Assembly (NCBI GenBank): GCA_964549305.1
Contig: CAZJVM010000088.1
Span: 1 to 9,285, forward strand
Length of the DNA: 9,285 nt
From: an uncultured bacterium
GTDB lineage: Bacteria > Schekmanbacteria > GWA2-38-11 > J061
Direction: 5' to 3'
Shown: positions 7,070-9,285 of the stretch, piece after piece
Numbering within the stretch: the first letter of the stretch is position 1
Layout of the letters: each line of letters opens with the position of its first letter
Position numbers and translations under genes: made by a program
The notes under the pieces: model-generated
Database searches by the model: none
What the model saw: only the letters and a program-made list of their open reading frames with translations
Told to the model about the DNA's origin: nothing

Positions 7070-8055
7070 TTTTTATCCGATTCATCCTTTCCGTTACCTT
7101 TGTTGCGCTTCACCATTATTTCCTCATATTCGAGAGGGTGCTCTTCAATCATATCTTCCTTCGATATTTTTCCGTTCCACCACACCCAGCTCATGGGAAA
7201 TACTTTTGGGTTAAAATGGACATTGTAAAAATGCCATATAAGGATTGCCAGAGTGCAAAGCAGCCCTTCGTCGCTGTGCGCTTCCTTTGATATGTCAACA
7301 ACAACTTTACCTAACAAATTTATCGATTGAACTTCAAACCACATCAAAAAACCTGACCCAATCATTATTAGGCAACCCCAGTAAACCGCCCAGTAGTCAA
7401 ACTTTTCTATATAGGAAAAGCGCCCGAATTTCGGCTTCTCGTCGGTTTTGCCGAAAAAGTACTTAATCATCTGTATTACATCAAAAAGGTCTTTTGGCAT
7501 TGGTATGAGCTCGATAAAATCACTTCTTCCCTGCCGCGTAAAGGGTGTGTAGATAAGGCAATGGTACAAAAACATAACGACAAGGCCTGTCGCGCCTATT
7601 CTGTGCGCGAAGGTAATGGTCTTCATCCCGCCTATTAAATTTATAAAGAAAGCGGCAGGCCCCGTATAATAGAATTTTTCAGGTATCCCTGTCACAATAA
7701 GGATGATACAGCTTGTAAAAAGCAATATATGCTGGAGACGGAAGTTAATACCGAATCTGATAAAAAAATCTTCTTCCTTTTCCTCTGAAATTTTTTCATC
7801 TTTTCCCGGTTCAGGAGAAACTTCTTTTTTCGCGGACTCCTTTTCCGCCTTCTCAAGATAATCGAGGATTATTTTGTCTTTCGCTTCCACATAGTCTTCA
7901 AGTATACGTGACGCGAGTTGCTCAAGTTCCTCCTGTTTCAAACCATTGCCGTGCTTCTCCTTAAGTTCCTTGATGACCTGGTCTTTTATCGTTTTCCTGA
8001 AAGCATCAGGTTCATTGCCATGGGAATTATCATCACTTCTTTTTCCGTCATCCAT
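7066..8055 (-). CDS. Diheme cytochrome b of the FdnI/HyaC (CbcB/CbcL b-domain-like) family with a charged N-terminal extension
   Basis: RFGINFRLQHILL...TGIP, FAHRIGA, FLYH, KPKFGRFSYIEKFDYWAVYWG, EAHSDEG...IWHFYNVHFNP...EEHPLEY. Start moved to ATG 8055, which overlaps the upstream gene end by 8 bp and has GGAG/AGGGA upstream. The ORF track start at 8097 is less likely. Confidence 0.88.
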   Translation of the reverse strand: MDDGKRSDDNSHGNEPDAFRKTIKDQVIKELKEKHGNGLKQEELEQLASRILEDYVEAKDKIILDYLEKAEKESAKKEVSPEPGKDEKISEEKEEDFFIRFGINFRLQHILLFTSCIILIVTGIPEKFYYTGPAAFFINLIGGMKTITFAHRIGATGLVVMFLYHCLIYTPFTRQGRSDFIELIPMPKDLFDVIQMIKYFFGKTDEKPKFGRFSYIEKFDYWAVYWGCLIMIGSGFLMWFEVQSINLLGKVVVDISKEAHSDEGLLCTLAILIWHFYNVHFNPKVFPMSWVWWNGKISKEDMIEEHPLEYEEIMVKRNKGNGKDESDKK

Positions 8056-9139
8056 TTCTTCCCTGCTCCCTTTTTTTGAGGCGTTTCCTGAGGTCAAGGA
8101 TAATATGTACTATCAAAGCCAGCATTACCGCTATTGTAAGATATTTAAACGACTGAGCCACATAATAAACAATACCTGACTCCTTCTTTTTGGGGTTAAT
8201 ATGCATCTTTCCCTTTGCAAAATTTATATTCGCTCCCGGATGACATTTACCGCAGGTCTTTGGAATATTGTTCTTGTTCACCATTGACTGCGGATCGCTT
8301 GAAGGCCTTATGTCGTGATATCCGTGACAGCTTGAACAGTTTGCCGCAGTCTTGACGCCAAATTCGTTTGCTATTCCGTGAAAACTTTCCGAATAGGTTT
8401 CAACCTGTTCGGTGGAAACTCCATACTTTTCCATAATTTGCATTCTTTCGTGGCATTCGGAACAGGTCTGTTTTATATGACTTGCAAATACTGTTGACCT
8501 GGGGTCTTCGTGTGAAAAAATGTTATGCTCGCCGTGGCAGTTCGTACATACAGGAACATCGGGATTCCCTTCTTTAAAATCCTTGCCGTGAATGGAATTC
8601 GAATAATCAACGTATTCCTTGAGGTGGCATTTGCCGCAAGTCTTGGGGATATTCTCACGCGCAACCGTTGATGTTCCGTTTTCGTGCTTATAAATATTGT
8701 GAGTCCCGTGGCAATCCTGGCAAATAGGCGCAGATGTGACTCCCGATAAAAGGGCTTTTCCGTGAACGCTGTTTGAATACTCGCTGTATTTCTCACTCTG
8801 CGGCGCACCCGAAGGGTTACCTATAAAATGACATCTCTCGGCGCAGTTCACTATGCTTATGCTGTTTCTGTGAGGTATGGAAAGGACATCGGAGTGGCAG
8901 TCGGTGCAGGTTTTTTCACTGTGAACGGACTTTCGAAACTTCTCTATATCCACGTAAAGGTTTACAATCCTTCCCGTTTTAAGGGGATTGGAAAACCCCT
9001 TTTTCCCGTGGCATACAAGACATTTTATTTCATCATGTTGCGCAAAGGCATAAGATGAAACAAAAACCATTACAGCCAAACAAAGAAGATTTACGTAAAA
9101 TATTTTTTTTACAGAGTTAGAACCAACCATTTTTCTCAT
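8048..9139 (-). CDS. Nonaheme cytochrome c, signal peptide + C-terminal TM anchor (CbcA/CbcL c-domain-like)
   Basis: Signal peptide ending YAFA. Eight CxxCH (CLVCH, CTDCH, CQDCH, CGKCH, CTNCH, CSECH, CSSCH, CGKCH) plus CAERCH. Recurrent SxHG...CxxCHGxHxI units. C-terminal helix YLTIAVMLALIVHIILDLRKR. Confidence 0.92.
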   Translation of the reverse strand: MRKMVGSNSVKKIFYVNLLCLAVMVFVSSYAFAQHDEIKCLVCHGKKGFSNPLKTGRIVNLYVDIEKFRKSVHSEKTCTDCHSDVLSIPHRNSISIVNCAERCHFIGNPSGAPQSEKYSEYSNSVHGKALLSGVTSAPICQDCHGTHNIYKHENGTSTVARENIPKTCGKCHLKEYVDYSNSIHGKDFKEGNPDVPVCTNCHGEHNIFSHEDPRSTVFASHIKQTCSECHERMQIMEKYGVSTEQVETYSESFHGIANEFGVKTAANCSSCHGYHDIRPSSDPQSMVNKNNIPKTCGKCHPGANINFAKGKMHINPKKKESGIVYYVAQSFKYLTIAVMLALIVHIILDLRKRLKKREQGRNG

Positions 9140-9145
9140 TTTTCA

Positions 9146-9285
9146 CTATGCAGTCTTTTTAGTTATTTTTTCGTATTCGAGATAATGTTCTTTTTTCATT
9201 CTTTCCGGGTCCATCATCCCGGTAAGCCAGGTTTTATCCATAGGAAATATAGAAGGATTAAAATGCACATTATACTGGTGCCAGA
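9146..9285 (-). CDS. C-terminal fragment of another FdnI/CbcB-like cytochrome b (5' part outside the window)
   Basis: Manual translation WHQYNVHFNPSIFPMDKTWLTGMMDPERMKKEHYLEYEKITKKTA* (TAG 9146-9148) aligns with WHFYNVHFNPKVFPMSWVWWNGKISKEDMIEEHPLEYEEI of 7066..8055. Confidence 0.87.
   Translation of the reverse strand, partial: WHQYNVHFNPSIFPMDKTWLTGMMDPERMKKEHYLEYEKITKKTA

Noticed and set aside
6969..7085. N-terminus of the 625-aa ORF as given (MNRIKNEEKRYY...)
   Set aside because: Wrong frame joined through the 100-N placeholder. The frame starting at 7069 gives a TM anchor plus NPSFCT matching the paralog's SPSFCA.
5537..8808. Alternative-frame minus-strand ORFs 5537..5842, 6661..7023 and 8473..8808
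   Set aside because: Nested out of frame within cytochrome genes, with no independent evidence of coding.
309..9058. All plus-strand ORFs in the track (e.g. 832..1245, 3371..3997, 6366..7004, 2501..2860)
   Set aside because: They lie antisense to well-supported minus-strand genes and show no recognisable motifs. Recurrent MA/VA/VT strings are simply the reverse complement of Cys-His codons.

Overview
AT-rich bacterial window from a draft assembly (100-N scaffold gap at 6869-6968). It is almost entirely a minus-strand respiratory electron-transfer cluster. In transcription order: (partial) FdnI/CbcB-like cytochrome b -> 9-heme cytochrome c with C-terminal anchor -> second FdnI/CbcB-like cytochrome b -> ~18-heme NapC/NirT-anchored cytochrome c (spans the gap) -> ~300 bp intergenic region with a sigma-54 promoter, IHF-like site and palindromic candidate enhancer -> 12-heme paralogous cytochrome c fused to an N-terminal response-regulator receiver (REC) domain -> low-potential-type Rieske protein -> cytochrome b6 with the heme-ci Cys -> subunit IV (PEWY) -> 9-heme cytochrome c with C-terminal anchor (runs off the left edge, absent from the ORF track). 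45 complete c-heme motifs are visible by manual count (42 CxxCH, 3 non-canonical). The most unusual element is the REC-TM-dodecaheme fusion leading a predicted sigma-54 operon for a b6-type Rieske/cytb complex. Plus-strand ORFs appear to be antisense shadows.
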